Shown here one piece after another: positions 25,896 to 37,538 of a stretch of 64,000 nt of DNA. The stretch's first letter is position 1; every line of letters begins with the position of its first letter. The stretch comes from Macrostomum lignano (Eukaryota), in the NCBI GenBank assembly GCA_002269645.1, contig NIVC01000038.1, positions 62,001-126,000 of the forward strand, given 5' to 3'. Under the pieces are notes generated by a model that worked only from the letters and a program-made list of their open reading frames with translations, ran no database searches and was not told the origin of the DNA. The position numbers and the translations under genes are program-made.

Positions 25896-26233
25896 ACTCA
25901 ACATTTTCCCCCATCAACTCCGTTCCGGCAGTGCTGGCCAGGCGAAGACAGACCTGTCTCGCGGATCTGCAGACCAGAAAATCGAGCTTATTTTTCGGCG
26001 GTTTCGACCCAAACTCGCCACCAATTCTGCTCGAAGATCGTCGAGTCTATCGAGTCGATCTGCCCGGTCGCGGCTTCTGGTCCGCACAGCTGGAGTGCGA
26101 ACGACATGTCTATGCCGTTGTGAATGTGACGCTGCCGTACAAGAGACCTGTAGGGCTGTACATGAGGCGAAACAATGTGCCCACCCTTGTGCAGAGGGAC
26201 TTCTTCCATCGATTGGAAAATGTACAGGACAAG
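25896..26233 (+). CDS. TENM: Teneurin juxtamembrane/Ig-like region exon
   Basis: VDLPGRGFWSAQL...VVNVTLPYKRPVGLYMRRNNVPTLVQRDFFHRL resembles the teneurin IPPGxFWxSQ...VGVYGRRxxPPSHTQYDF motif. Donor aag|gtgagg. Acceptor cccag| fits the phase but is weak. Confidence 0.8.
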
Positions 26234-26254
26234 GTGAGGATATGTGAGATTTAT

Positions 26255-26617
26255 GATCCTGACTCACTGACCCATGATCGTGACACATTAACCCATGATC
26301 CTGACACATTAACCCATGATCCTGACTCACTAACCCATGATCCTGACTCACTGACCTATGATCGTGACACATCAACCCATGATCCTGACACATTAACCCA
26401 TGATCCTGACTCACTGACCCATGATCCTGACTCACTGACCCATGATCCCGACTCATTGACCCCATTATCCTGACTCATTGACCCATTACCTGACTCATTG
26501 ACCCATTATTCTGACTCATTGACCCATATTCCTAACTCATTGATCTATAGCTCGTAATCTTGACTCATTGACCCATTATTCTGACTCATTGACCCATGTT
26601 CCTGACTCATTGACCCA
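26255..26617. repeat. 21-bp minisatellite (acccatgatcctgactcactg)
   Basis: Direct inspection. Confidence 0.9.
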
Positions 26618-27044
26618 CCCACTGAGCCACGCCTCCCAATGAGGTCGCTACTCTAATAACCTATTTATAGTTTGGACCCCAACCGTTGCACTTGAAAGAC
26701 ACGAAACTCCGTGAGGAAAGTAATGAATAAATCATTGCCTGTCACGGGCGGTTAGATAAGATATTAGGCAAAGTTGGAATTCATGTTTTTGGTATGCAAT
26801 AAACAATCAGCCAGGTATCCCGCCAAGCATTACGTAATTGGCCCTCTCTGTACGCTCCTGTAGTGCTGGCACTGCATCCGGTAGGCAGGTCCTCATGCCT
26901 GTGCGGGTGGGTGGGGCAGGGCAAGAATCCAGTCCAAAATTTATTGACCAGCACAGCGTAGCAACTGATTGCGCATGGAAAACTGCTGCGGTAGCGGCCA
27001 CTCTTTGAAGGGCGTCTCCGTTCTGCGTGAAAGTCACTACTGCC

Positions 27045-27830
27045 TTACTCTCCTCTCCTCTCCTCTCCTCTCCTCCACTCTCCTCTCCTCCACTCTCCTC
27101 TCCTCCACTCTCCTCTCCACTCTACCCTCTCCACTCTACTCTCCCCCACTCTACTCTCCCCCACTCTACTCTCCTCCACTCTCCTCTCCTCCACTCTCCT
27201 CTCCTCCACTCTTACTCTCCTCTCCTCTACTCTCCTCTCCTCTACTCTCCTCTCCTCTACTCTCCTCTACTCTACTCTCCTCTCCTCTACTCTCCTCTCC
27301 TCCACTCTCCTCTCCTCCACTCTCCTCTCCTCCACTCTCCTCTCTACTCTACTCTCCCCCACTTTACTCCCCCACTCTACTCTTCCCCTCTCTACTCTTC
27401 CCTAGTCTACTCTCCCCACTCTACTCTCCCCCACTCTACTCTCCCCCACTCTACTCGCCCCCACTCTACTCTCCCCCACTCTCCTCCACTCTCCTCTCCT
27501 CCACTCTCCTCTCCACTCTACCCTCTCCACTCTACTCTCCCCGACTCTACTCTCCCCGACTCTACTCTCCCCGACTCTACTCTCCTCCACTCTTACTCTT
27601 CTTCCACTCTCCTCTCCTCTACTCTACTCTCCCCACTCTACTCCCCCGCTCTTAATCTTTCCAAATCTGCTCTCCTCCACTCTATTCTCCTCCAATCTCA
27701 TTTCTTTGCAACTTTTTTACACTCCCCACACTCACCCACACACACACTCCAAACTCTCCCACTCTCTCAGAATCTCCCATATTCTCCTACAATCTCCCCC
27801 ACTCTCCCACCCTCTCTTCTCCTCCCCTCA
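27045..27830. repeat. CT-rich satellite (ctctcctcca / ctctactctcc)
   Basis: Direct inspection. Confidence 0.9.
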
Positions 27831-28509
27831 TCTATTTTCTTTCTACCGCTCCATTATTCATCGGAGAAGAATCAAATTGCTATTCAAAAACACAAACTCT
27901 TTAAAAAGCCCTGACTTACAGTAGACAACAACGCGAAACACTAATCTCTAAAATTGATTGCTTTTCTTAAAAAAAATGGCAAACCAACACCGCCTCAGTC
28001 CTTAGAACACTCCCTTATTCTTCCCATTTCAATTGCTAAAGCAGTTGAAAAACCCCTCTCCGCAGTATTGATCCCTCTTTCACACCTTTCGTTGTCGACA
28101 GCTGCAGCAGCTCATCAACGCTTCATTAATTTCTATCGTTCAATTTCTGGTCAAAGCCACTGGCCTTATCTTCAGCTTTATGATAAAACAAATTTCTTTA
28201 AAAGCAAGCTTCTCTGCCTGTCATTTCTTGTTCCTCTCCGTCTTTGTCGGCCTCTGAATGAAATTTCTAGGAACAACTGTTTAAACTTCATCATCCTGTA
28301 TTCCCTTCTGTATTCGCTTTCGGAATGTGGTGCCTCTCTTGGACTTTTAACATGCTTGTAGCACTCTGGCAGAGGTAGACACGGAAATGCACTCTTCTTG
28401 TTGGAAGGCAAAGCGCCTCAATAACCCGCAGATTGTACTTGATTCGTAAAAAACTACGAACTTTTTTATATTTCTTGCATCATACTCTCAATTACGATTT
28501 TGTTTGCAG

Positions 28510-28621
28510 AATTTGTATCCTGATTCTGTGGTTCGATTCCTGACACCTGGCGACTGGTACCTGACACTGGCTAATGACCAGCAGGACTCTATTGCTGTTG
28601 AGGTGGAGGTCTTCAGGACAG
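28510..28621 (+). CDS. TENM: Teneurin exon (NLYPDSVVRFLTPGDWYLTLANDQQDSIAVEVEVFRT)
   Basis: Acceptor ttttgtttgcag|, donor g|gtaagt; matches the teneurin YLxxGxWHLAFYND segment before EGF1. Confidence 0.85.
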
Positions 28622-28650
28622 GTAAGTTGCCCTAACATCGTATTTTATTA

Positions 28651-29290
28651 GTTGCTGCTCCAGCCTCCCAGATCCTCAGTTGCTTGGCCACCAGCCTCCC
28701 AGATCCTCAGTTGCTGGGCCAGCCTCCCAGATCCTCAGTTGCTGGGCCACCAGCCTCCCAGATCCTAAGTTGCTGGGCCACCAGCCTCCCAGATCCTCAG
28801 TTGCTGGGTCAGCCTCCCAGATCCTCAGTTGCTGGGCCACCAGCCTCCAAGATCCTCAGTTGCTGGGTCAGCCTCCCAGATCCTCAGTTGCTGGGCCATC
28901 AGCCTCCCAGATCCTCAGTTGCTGGGCCACCAGCCTCCCAGATCCTCAGTTGCTGGGCCACCAGCCTCCCAGATTCTCAGATGCTGGGCCACCAGCCTCC
29001 CAGATCCTCAGTTGCTGGGCCAGCCTCCCAGATCCTCAGTTGCTGGGTCAGCCTCCCAGATCCTCAGTTGCTGGGCCATCAGCCTCCCAGATCCTCTGTT
29101 GCTGGGCCAGCCTCCCAGATTCTCAGTTGCTGGGCCACCAGCCTCCCAGATCCTCAGTTGCTGGGCCAGCCTCCCAGATTCTCAGTTGCTGGGCCAGCCT
29201 CCCAGATCCTCAGTTGCTGGGCCAACCTCTCAGATTCTCAGTTGCTGGGCCAGCCTCCCAGATCCTCAGTTTCTTGGCCAGCCTTCAGGA
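28651..29290. repeat. 28/31-bp minisatellite (agttgctgggcc(acc)agcctcccagatcctc)
   Basis: Direct inspection; fills most of intron 28622-29344. Confidence 0.95.
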
Positions 29291-29344
29291 AAGATCCTTA
29301 AAACCAAGAGCCCAAATAATGCTCCACAACTTTCTCACTCGCAG

Positions 29345-29455
29345 AGCGGGAGCTGCACCTGACCAGCTGTCTAAACCAGTGCAGTCACAGAGGCTACTGC
29401 CGGGGCTCCACTTGCACCTGTTTTCAAGGCTTCATGGGCCCGGACTGTTCAGTTG
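29345..29455 (+). CDS. TENM: Teneurin EGF1 exon
   Basis: CLNQCSHRGYCRGSTCTCFQGFMGPDC; acceptor tttctcactcgcag|, donor g|gtgagg; phase 1-1. Confidence 0.9.
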
Positions 29456-29544
29456 GTGAGGCATATTAATCAGAGTTTTGTACTTTTAAGCTAATTTTTC
29501 TATCTAAGAACGAATAAACAAAAAAGTGTTTGTTTATTAATCAG

Positions 29545-29739
29545 CGGACGCACTGGAGATCTGCAGCGGCAACGGGTACCTGGACAGGGGTGTCTGCCGT
29601 TGCACCGCGCAATGGAAAGGGCCAGAGTGCGAAGTGCCCTGGTCTGAGTGTCCCGACCCGCTGTGCTCCGGCAACGGCAGGTGTCAGGCTGGACGCTGCG
29701 AGTGCTTCGAAGGTTTTGGCGGCGACAGGTGTCAGAATG
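29545..29739 (+). CDS. TENM: Teneurin EGF2-EGF3 exon
   Basis: ICSGNGYLDRGVCRCTAQWKGPECEVPWSECPDPLCSGNGRCQAGRCECFEGFGGDRC; acceptor taatcag|, donor g|gtgagt. Confidence 0.92.
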
Positions 29740-30020
29740 GTGAGTCATTTAGATGGGTGTCAGAATGGTGAGTCACGTAGATGGGTGTCAGAATGGTGAG
29801 TCAGGTAGATGGGTGTCAGAATGGTGAGTCAGGTAGATGGGTGTCAGAATGGTGAGTCAGGTAGATGGGTGTCAGAATGGTGAGTCAGGTAGATGGGTGT
29901 CAGAATGGTGAGTCATTTAGATGGGTGTCAGAATGGTGAGTCGGGTAGATGGGTGTCAGAATGGTGAGTCATTTAGATGGGTGTCAGAATGGTGAGTCAG
30001 GTAGATGGGTGTCAGAATAG
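29728..30020. repeat. 28-bp minisatellite whose unit spans the exon/intron junction (ggtgtcagaatg|gtgagtcaggtagatg)
   Basis: Ten copies of aatg|gtgagtc, GT at 29740, 29768, ... 29992. Confidence 0.95.
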
Positions 30021-31326
30021 TAGGCCAGGTAAAGCTGTCAAATCTGTCAGATGTGGTAGAAATACAAGCCGGAATACCTGCCGGTCATCAAGCAGTTACC
30101 ACAGAGATCAGAGATGAGTCAGACAGCATGTCAAAATTTTTGAGTTTCGGCAAAGCAATTGTCAAACAGGTGCCAAGCAGGCACAATGCAGGGCATAAGA
30201 CACCTAATGCTAATTACAGATGTTTTTCGAAACAAGCGGAGCGCAACACATTAGCAAATTATTTTCTGCATGAATTCTCTCTCTGCGATGGCTGCAGACA
30301 AAACAGGGGTGGCTCGGGGCATGATTGCGCAACACAAAACCGAGGATCAGGTGTTAGAATAACACTTGGCAACTAAAAATCCAGCCTTAATGCATGCTAG
30401 GGTTGATTTTAAACAAACTCCTTGGGGAGATGAGCTGGGTGTGGAAATTTAATTGGTCTCAGTTTCTGCGTGAAATTGTTTGGTAAATTTAAGAATGAGA
30501 TATCAGAGGGATATTCTCTCTATCGAATGCAAATTCATTTGCAAATGCAAATTATCGAATGCTTGTATGGAGGTGGCCACCCAGCAACCAGAGCTGACTG
30601 CAACTCTGCTCATTCTGCGGACTCTGGCATAAATAAATTGTTTAGTAAAATTTCCATTTAAGAATCTTGAGCTAAGTCCAGGATTTGGGACGCGACAAGA
30701 AATTCTTCTCCTCGGGTTTCGGGATGATATTTTCAATCAAACCTATAGCGGTTTAGTGACAGGAGATCGATTGTCACTGTCTTTCTTATTCTGACGAAAT
30801 TTGACACCCACCCTTGAACAAACGCTTACTAACCCGGCGTGACCTCTCAGCCGAATCGGTCTCATAGCAGATATGACCTGCGCCGCGGACACGCGTCAGT
30901 TCTTAGTTTTCGTTATTACGCAATTGTCGATTGAATAAAAAGTTTCTAAAATCGATTTTCCCCGCGCAGCTCTCTGTGTGTTGCTGTTTAATGGCTTTTC
31001 TGACTCATTGGTTAACCGCTTTTCTCGGTGAGAACAGTTTTAAACAATTTTAAATAGAATAAATCTAGAATGCAGTATAATTGTCGCAATTTTCTCATCA
31101 ATTTTCGGATTACTGCTTGCTCAAAATCAGAGCCCTCTGTGTCAAGCATAATCTATCGTTTAAGTCGGTTTGCCCGGAAGTGCAAACCGGAAGTCTGCGA
31201 GATTAAATCAATTCCAAAAATCGGGTTTATTGGTAAATGGTTAGGCATCCCTCTGATTCAAACAGTGTATCTCCAAATTTTTTTGATCACATTTTCGAAA
31301 TTTCACATACTATCACATACTTCATG

Positions 31327-31808
31327 TTATAGTGACGTCATACTGTAGGTCATAGAAGCGTCATACTTGAGGTCACAGTGACATCATATTTGATGTCATA
31401 GAGACGTCAAACTTGATGTCATAAAGGCGTCAAACTTGATGTCATAGAGGCATCATACTTGATGTCAAAGAAGCGTCATACTTGATGTCATAGTGACGTC
31501 ATACTGGAGGTCATAGAAGCGTCATACTTGAGGTCACAGTGACATCATATTTGATGTCATAGAGGCGTCATATTTGATGTCAGAGAAGCGTCATACTTGA
31601 TGTCAGAGAAGCGTCATACTTGATGTCATAGTGACGTCATACTTGATGTCAGAGAAGCGTCATACTTGATGTCATAGAGGCGTCATACTTGATGTCATAG
31701 AGGCGTCATACTTGATGTCAGAGAAGCGTCATACTTGATTTCAGAGTGGCGTCATTGCGTCATACTTGATGTCATAGAGGCGTCATACTTGATGTCAAAT
31801 GAGCGCCA
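31327..31808. repeat. 23-bp minisatellite (tgatgtcatagaggcgtcatact)
   Basis: Direct inspection. Confidence 0.95.
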
Positions 31809-31908
31809 TACACATATACAATCGCGATTTTTCAATTTTGACCCAACGCAGTTGACACATCCAGGCTTCAAACTTGACACCCAACCATGTCGCCAATTTG
31901 TCCCGCAG

Positions 31909-32130
31909 TGACCTGCAGTCCGCCCGACTGCAGCGGCCGCGGCGTCTGCCAGGTCAGCGGTCGCTGTCGCTGCTTTTCGGGCTGGTCCGGCACCGACTGC
32001 TCGACAGCGGAGCCGGAGGGCAACAAAGGATGCAACGGTCAGCAGCGCCGGCTGTGTGAAGGTCGGGGACGTTTTGTTGACGGCCGCTGCCAGTGCTTCG
32101 ATGGGTACTCCGGTGACAACTGCGAGACTG
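31909..32130 (+). CDS. TENM: Teneurin EGF4-EGF5 exon
   Basis: TCSPPDCSGRGVCQVSGRCRCFSGWSGTDC...CNGQQRRLCEGRGRFVDGRCQCFDGYSGDNC; EGF5 has Phe at Cys3 as expected for teneurins; acceptor cccgcag|, donor g|gtgagg. Confidence 0.92.
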
Positions 32131-32162
32131 GTGAGGCTTGGGATATGGTAGCAAAGTTTCTA

Positions 32163-32527
32163 CAGAAACCATCCAGAAACCATCCGGAAACCATCCAGAA
32201 ACCAACCAGAAACCATCCAGAAACCATCCAGAAACCATCCAGAAACCATCCATCAGAAACCATCCAGAAACCATCCAGAAACCATCCAGAAACCATCCAG
32301 AAACCATCCAGAAACCATCCAGAAACCATCCAGAAACCGACCAGAAACCATCCAGAAACCGACCAGAAACCATCCGGAAACCATCCAGAAACCAACCAGA
32401 AACCATCCAGAAACCATCCAGAAACCAACCAGAAACCAACCAGAAACCACCCAGAAACCATCCAGAAACCATCCGGAAACCATCCAGAAACCAACCAGAA
32501 ACCATCCAGAAACCAACCGAAATCAAC
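32163..32527. repeat. 12-bp minisatellite (aaaccatccaga)
   Basis: Direct inspection; fills intron 32131-32543. Confidence 0.95.
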
Positions 32528-32543
32528 CTGTGAACACCTGCAG

Positions 32544-32732
32544 AGTCCTGCACAGTGCTCTGTCAGCACGGCCGCTGCCGGAACGGCCAGTGCAGCTGCG
32601 ACCCCGGCTGGTGGGGCGTCCGCTGCAACCTTCGAGCCTGCGACCCGTTGTGCGAGGCTGGCGGACACGGCGTCTGCGTCAACGGCACCTGCCGTTGCGC
32701 CAAAGGCTGGAATGGTCCCGAATGCTCCATTG
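32544..32732 (+). CDS. TENM: Teneurin EGF6-EGF7 exon
   Basis: CTVLCQHGRCRNGQCSCDPGWWGVRC and CDPLCEAGGHGVCVNGTCRCAKGWNGPEC; donor g|gtaagt. Confidence 0.92.
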
Positions 32733-32757
32733 GTAAGTGCCAGTTGCTTAGCAACTA

Positions 32758-33250
32758 AATGACAACCGGGTAGCAACCACATGAAAACCCGGGTAGGAAC
32801 CACATGACAACCCGGGTAGCAACCACATGACAACCCGGGTAGCAACCACATGACAACCCGGGTAGAAACCACATGACAACCCGGGTAGCAACCACATGAC
32901 AACCCGGGTAGCAACCACATGACAACCCGGGTAGAAACCACATGACAACCCGGGTAGAAACCACATGACAACCCGAGTAGCAATCAAATGACGACCCGGG
33001 TAGCAACCACATGACAACCCAGATAGCAAACACATGACAACCCAAATAGCAGCCACATGACAACCCGGGTAGCAACCACATGAAAACCGGGGCAGAAACC
33101 ACATGAAAAACCGGGTAGCAACCACATGAAAACAGGGGCAGAAACCACATGACAAACCGGGTAGCAACCACATGAAAACCGGGGCAGAAACCACATGACA
33201 AACCGGGTAGCAACCACATGACAACCCGGGTAGCAACCACATGACAACCA
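32758..33250. repeat. 23-bp minisatellite (aaccacatgacaacccgggtagc)
   Basis: Direct inspection. Confidence 0.95.
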
Positions 33251-33967
33251 AAGAAAAATCTATGAACTCGCTACCATGCATCAACAACCAAAAGGCCAGC
33301 TAGCTACCTTGATACAATCTAAGTTCCGCGTTGTGTAGTCAATCGCGATTCCAACAATGCTAAGGCGCTATAATTACGATTCGGCTACATCTTATGCCAT
33401 GAAAAATTGACAACCAGAAAAGCCTCGCAGTCGGCCTCTCTAACTAATTCGCTACTGACAGAAATGCTACAACGCCATCTGTTTCGAGTCCCTGGAACTG
33501 CTCAAGACCTGGGGAAATGGAAAAGCGAACAAGGTTTTAGAAAAATGCAGCGTATGAAGGTCTCAAAGCATCTGCAAATATGCTTTCCCGTCCAACATCA
33601 AATAGCGTTTTCCTGGATGCATGTAGCCGATTCCTTCCTGACCGTAATTTGGGACAGATAAACGTTGCGACTGAAGCCCTTTAACACCGAGGATCGTTCA
33701 TTTCCTTGCTGTGGGGATAAATGCATTTGAATTTAGGATTTGACAACAAATTCAATAGAGAGATTAAAGCTTTATGGAGCATTACGGTCTCGCGAAAACT
33801 AGGATTAGGAAAATTTAATACATATAATCTCGTGTTAAGGATTAAAAGACTTAAAAAGACTTTAAAAAATCCTATTGTAATTGAGAGAAACGTGACTTTC
33901 TGCCAGTTCCTCGGATTTATGCCTACTGCAAACCATTCCTTTGAGAATTGCATTTGTGCTGTATTTG

Positions 33968-34330
<363 letters not shown>

Positions 34331-34368
34331 GCATAGCCATCTGTTCACTCTCTCCCTCTCTTCCACAG

Positions 34369-34548
34369 ACGGCTGCCCGCAGTCCTGCAACAACCGCGGC
34401 AACTGTCGCCGGCAGCAACCTTCGGACTCCAGCAGCTTAGCTGCCTCTGACTGGCATTGTGTCTGCCTCGGCATCAACCAGTGGCGCGGAGATGCCTGCC
34501 AACACTCAATTGAGAAGGACTGCTCGGATGGGGTGGACAATGACGGAG
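34369..34548 (+). CDS. TENM: Teneurin EGF8 and start of Cys-rich region
   Basis: DGCPQSCNNRGNC...WHCVC...WRGDAC...EKDCSDGVDNDG; acceptor ctctcttccacag|. Confidence 0.9.
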
Positions 34549-34691
34549 GTAGTAAATGCGGTGTAAAATGCAATTAGGGGATCACATTTATTCGAGGTCA
34601 CAGCCATGAGGGCCAACCAAGGCACATGGAGTGTACATGTCTAACGGTTAGAAAGTCCAAGGGGTGTCATCGCTGTCCCTGCCTTTTCCAG

Positions 34692-34899
34692 ACGGTCTTG
34701 TCGACTGCTTCGACCCCGACTGCTGCCACCAGACCGATTGCGCCACGGCTGCCACCTGCAAAGGCGGCGCCATCGCCAAGCAGGTGCTGCTGTCTGAGTC
34801 ACCCCTGCCCGCTGTGAGCAGCTTTGAGAAGCGAGTAAAATTCCTAGTCGGCAAGGAAAGTGTCCAGCTGGGATATTCGCCAGGCAGCATTGATCCCAA
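34692..34899 (+). CDS. TENM: Teneurin Cys-rich region exon
   Basis: DGLVDCFDPDCC is a teneurin hallmark (DGLxDCxDPDCC), followed by SFEKRVKFLV; donor aa|gtgagt. Confidence 0.93.
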
Positions 34900-35280
34900 G
34901 TGAGTTTACCAAGTTTTAAACAGGCTTAAACACTCAGGCCAGAGGGGGTTTTTAAGTAGCTTAAATTCGGACGGACAGGCGTGTGAAATTTTCCTGCCAG
35001 TCTCTCGCTGCATGAGCCCTTTACTCTCTGGCTTTCAGTTTTAACGATTTGTCCCCTCAATCTACGAACGATCGAGTAGGAGTTAGAGAGTTATCCGCGT
35101 AAGATGGTGGTTGTGTAACACGTTCGACTCATTGCGTCAAGAGGTTCTGAGCTGCTGGTCGGGCTGTCCGATTTACAGACAGAAAGTTTCACTGACAGAC
35201 TGACAGACCCGCTGTACACTCTGTAAGAGAAAGTGCCCGAGTCTGGGGCGGTAGCCAATATTTTTCATTTGGGAATTTGA

Positions 35281-37538
35281 GGGGCTTTAGCACCAGGGGC
35301 TTTAGCACCAGGGGCGCCAGCACCAGGGGCTTTAGCACCAGGGGCTTTAGCACCAGGGGCTTTAGCACCAGGGGCTTTAGCACCAGGGGCTTTAGCACCA
35401 GGGGCTTTAGCACCAGGGGCTTTAGCACCAGGGGCTTTAGCACCAGGGGCTTTAGCACCAGGGGCTTTAGCACCAGGGCTTTAGCACCAGGGGCGCCAGC
35501 ACCAGGGGCGCCAGCACCAGGGGCGCCAGCACCAGGGGCGCCAGCACCAGGGGCTTTAGCACCAGGGGCGCCAGCACCAGGGGCTTTAGCACCAGGGGCT
35601 TTAGCACCAGGGCTTTAGCACCAGGGGCGCCAGCACCAGGGGCTTTAGCACCAGGGGCGCCAGCACCAGGGGCGCCAGCACCAGGGGCGCCAGCACCAGG
35701 GGCGCCAGCACCAGGGGCGCCAGCACCAGGGGCGCCAGCACCAGGGGCGCCAGCACCAGGGGCGCCAGCACCAGGGGCGCCAGCACCAGGGGCGCCAGCA
35801 CCAGGGGCGCCAGCACCAGGGGCGCCAGCACCAGGGGCGCCAGCACCAGGGGCGCCAGCACCAGGGGCGCCAGCACCAGGGGCGCCAGCACCAGGGGCGC
35901 CAGCACCAGGGGCGCCAGCACCAGGGGCGCCAGCACCAGGGGCGCCAGCACCAGGGGCGCCAGCACCAGGGGTGCCAGCACCAGGGGCGCCAGCACCAGG
36001 GGCGCCAGCACCAGGGGCGCCAGCACCAGGGGCGCCAGCACCAGGGGCGCCAGCACCAGGGGCGCCAGCACCAGGGGCGCCAGCACCAGGGGCGCCAGCA
36101 CCAGGGGCGCCAGCACCAGGGGCGCCAGCACCAGGGGCGCCAGCACCAGGGGCGCCAGCACCAGGGGCGCCAGCACCAGGGGCGCCAGCACCAGGGGCGC
36201 CAGCACCAGGGGCGCCAGCACCAGGGGCTTTAGCACCAGGGGCTTTAGCACCAGGGGCTTTAGCACCAGGGGCTTTAGCACCAGGGGCTTTAGCACCAGG
36301 GGCTTTAGCACCAGGGGCGCCAGCACCAGGGGCTTTAGCACCAGGGGCTTTAGCACCAGGGGCGCCAGCACCAGGGGCGCCAGCACCAGGGGCTTTAGCA
36401 CCAGGGCTTTAGCACCAGGGGCGCCAGCACCAGGGGCTTTAGCACCAGGGGCTTTAGCACCAGGGGCTTTAGCACCAGGGGCTTTAGCACCAGGGGCTTT
36501 AGCACCAGGGGCTTTAGCACCAGGGGCTTTAGCACCAGGGGCTTTAGCACCAGGGGCGCCAGCACCAGGGGCGCCAGCACCAGGGGCTTTAGCACCAGGG
36601 GCTTTAGCACCAGGGGCTTTAGCACCAGGGGCTTTAGCACCAGGGGCTTTAGCACCAGGGGCTTTAGCACCAGGGGCTTTAGCACCAGGGGCTTTAGCAC
36701 CAGGGGCTTTAGCACCAGGGGCGCCAGCACCAGGGGCTTTAGCACCAGGGGCGCCAGCACCAGGGGCGCCAGCACCAGGGGCGCCAGCACCAGGGGCGCC
36801 AGCACCAGGGGCGCCAGCACCAGGGGCGCCAGCACCAGGGGCGCCAGCACCAGGGGCGCCAGCACCAGGGGCGCCAGCACCAGGGGCTTTAGCACCAGGG
36901 GCTTTAGCACCAGGGGCTTTAGCACCAGGGGCGCCAGCACCAGGGGCTTTAGCACCAGGGGCTTTAGCACCAGGGGCTTTAGCACCAGGGGCTTTAGCAC
37001 CAGGGGCTTTAGCACCAGGGGCTTTAGCACCAGGGGCTTTAGCACCAGGGGCGCCAGCACCAGGGGCTTTAGCACCAGGGGCGCCAGCACCAGGGGCGCC
37101 AGCACCAGGGGCGCCAGCACCAGGGGCTTTAGCACCAGGGCTTTAGCACCAGGGGCGCCAGCACCAGGGGCGCCAGCACCAGGGGCGCCAGCACCAGGGG
37201 CGCCAGCACCAGGGGCGCCAGCACCAGGGGCGCCAGCACCAGGGGCGCCAGCACCAGGGGCTTTAGCACCAGGGGCTTTAGCACCAGGGGCGCCAGCACC
37301 AGGGGCTTTAGCACCAGGGGCTTTAGCACCAGGGGCTTTAGCACCAGGGGCTTTAGCACCAGGGGCTTTAGCACCAGGGGCTTTAGCACCAGGGGCTTTA
37401 GCACCAGGGGCTTTAGCACCAGGGGCGCCAGCACCAGGGGCGCCAGCACCAGGGGCGCCAGCACCAGGGGCGCCAGCACCAGGGGCGCCAGCACCAGGGG
37501 CGCCAGCACCAGGGGCGCCAGCACCAGGGGCGCCAGCA
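35281..37538. repeat. 15-bp two-state minisatellite (agcaccaggggc-ttt / agcaccaggggc-gcc)
   Basis: About 150 units; explains the KPLVL/APLVL/APG pseudo-ORFs. Confidence 0.97.

Noticed and set aside
31887-32762. 291-aa ORF reading through intron 32131-32543 as a retained-intron isoform
   Set aside because: The intron is 413 nt, not a multiple of 3, so retention puts EGF6-7 out of frame; the insert is a 12-bp repeat.
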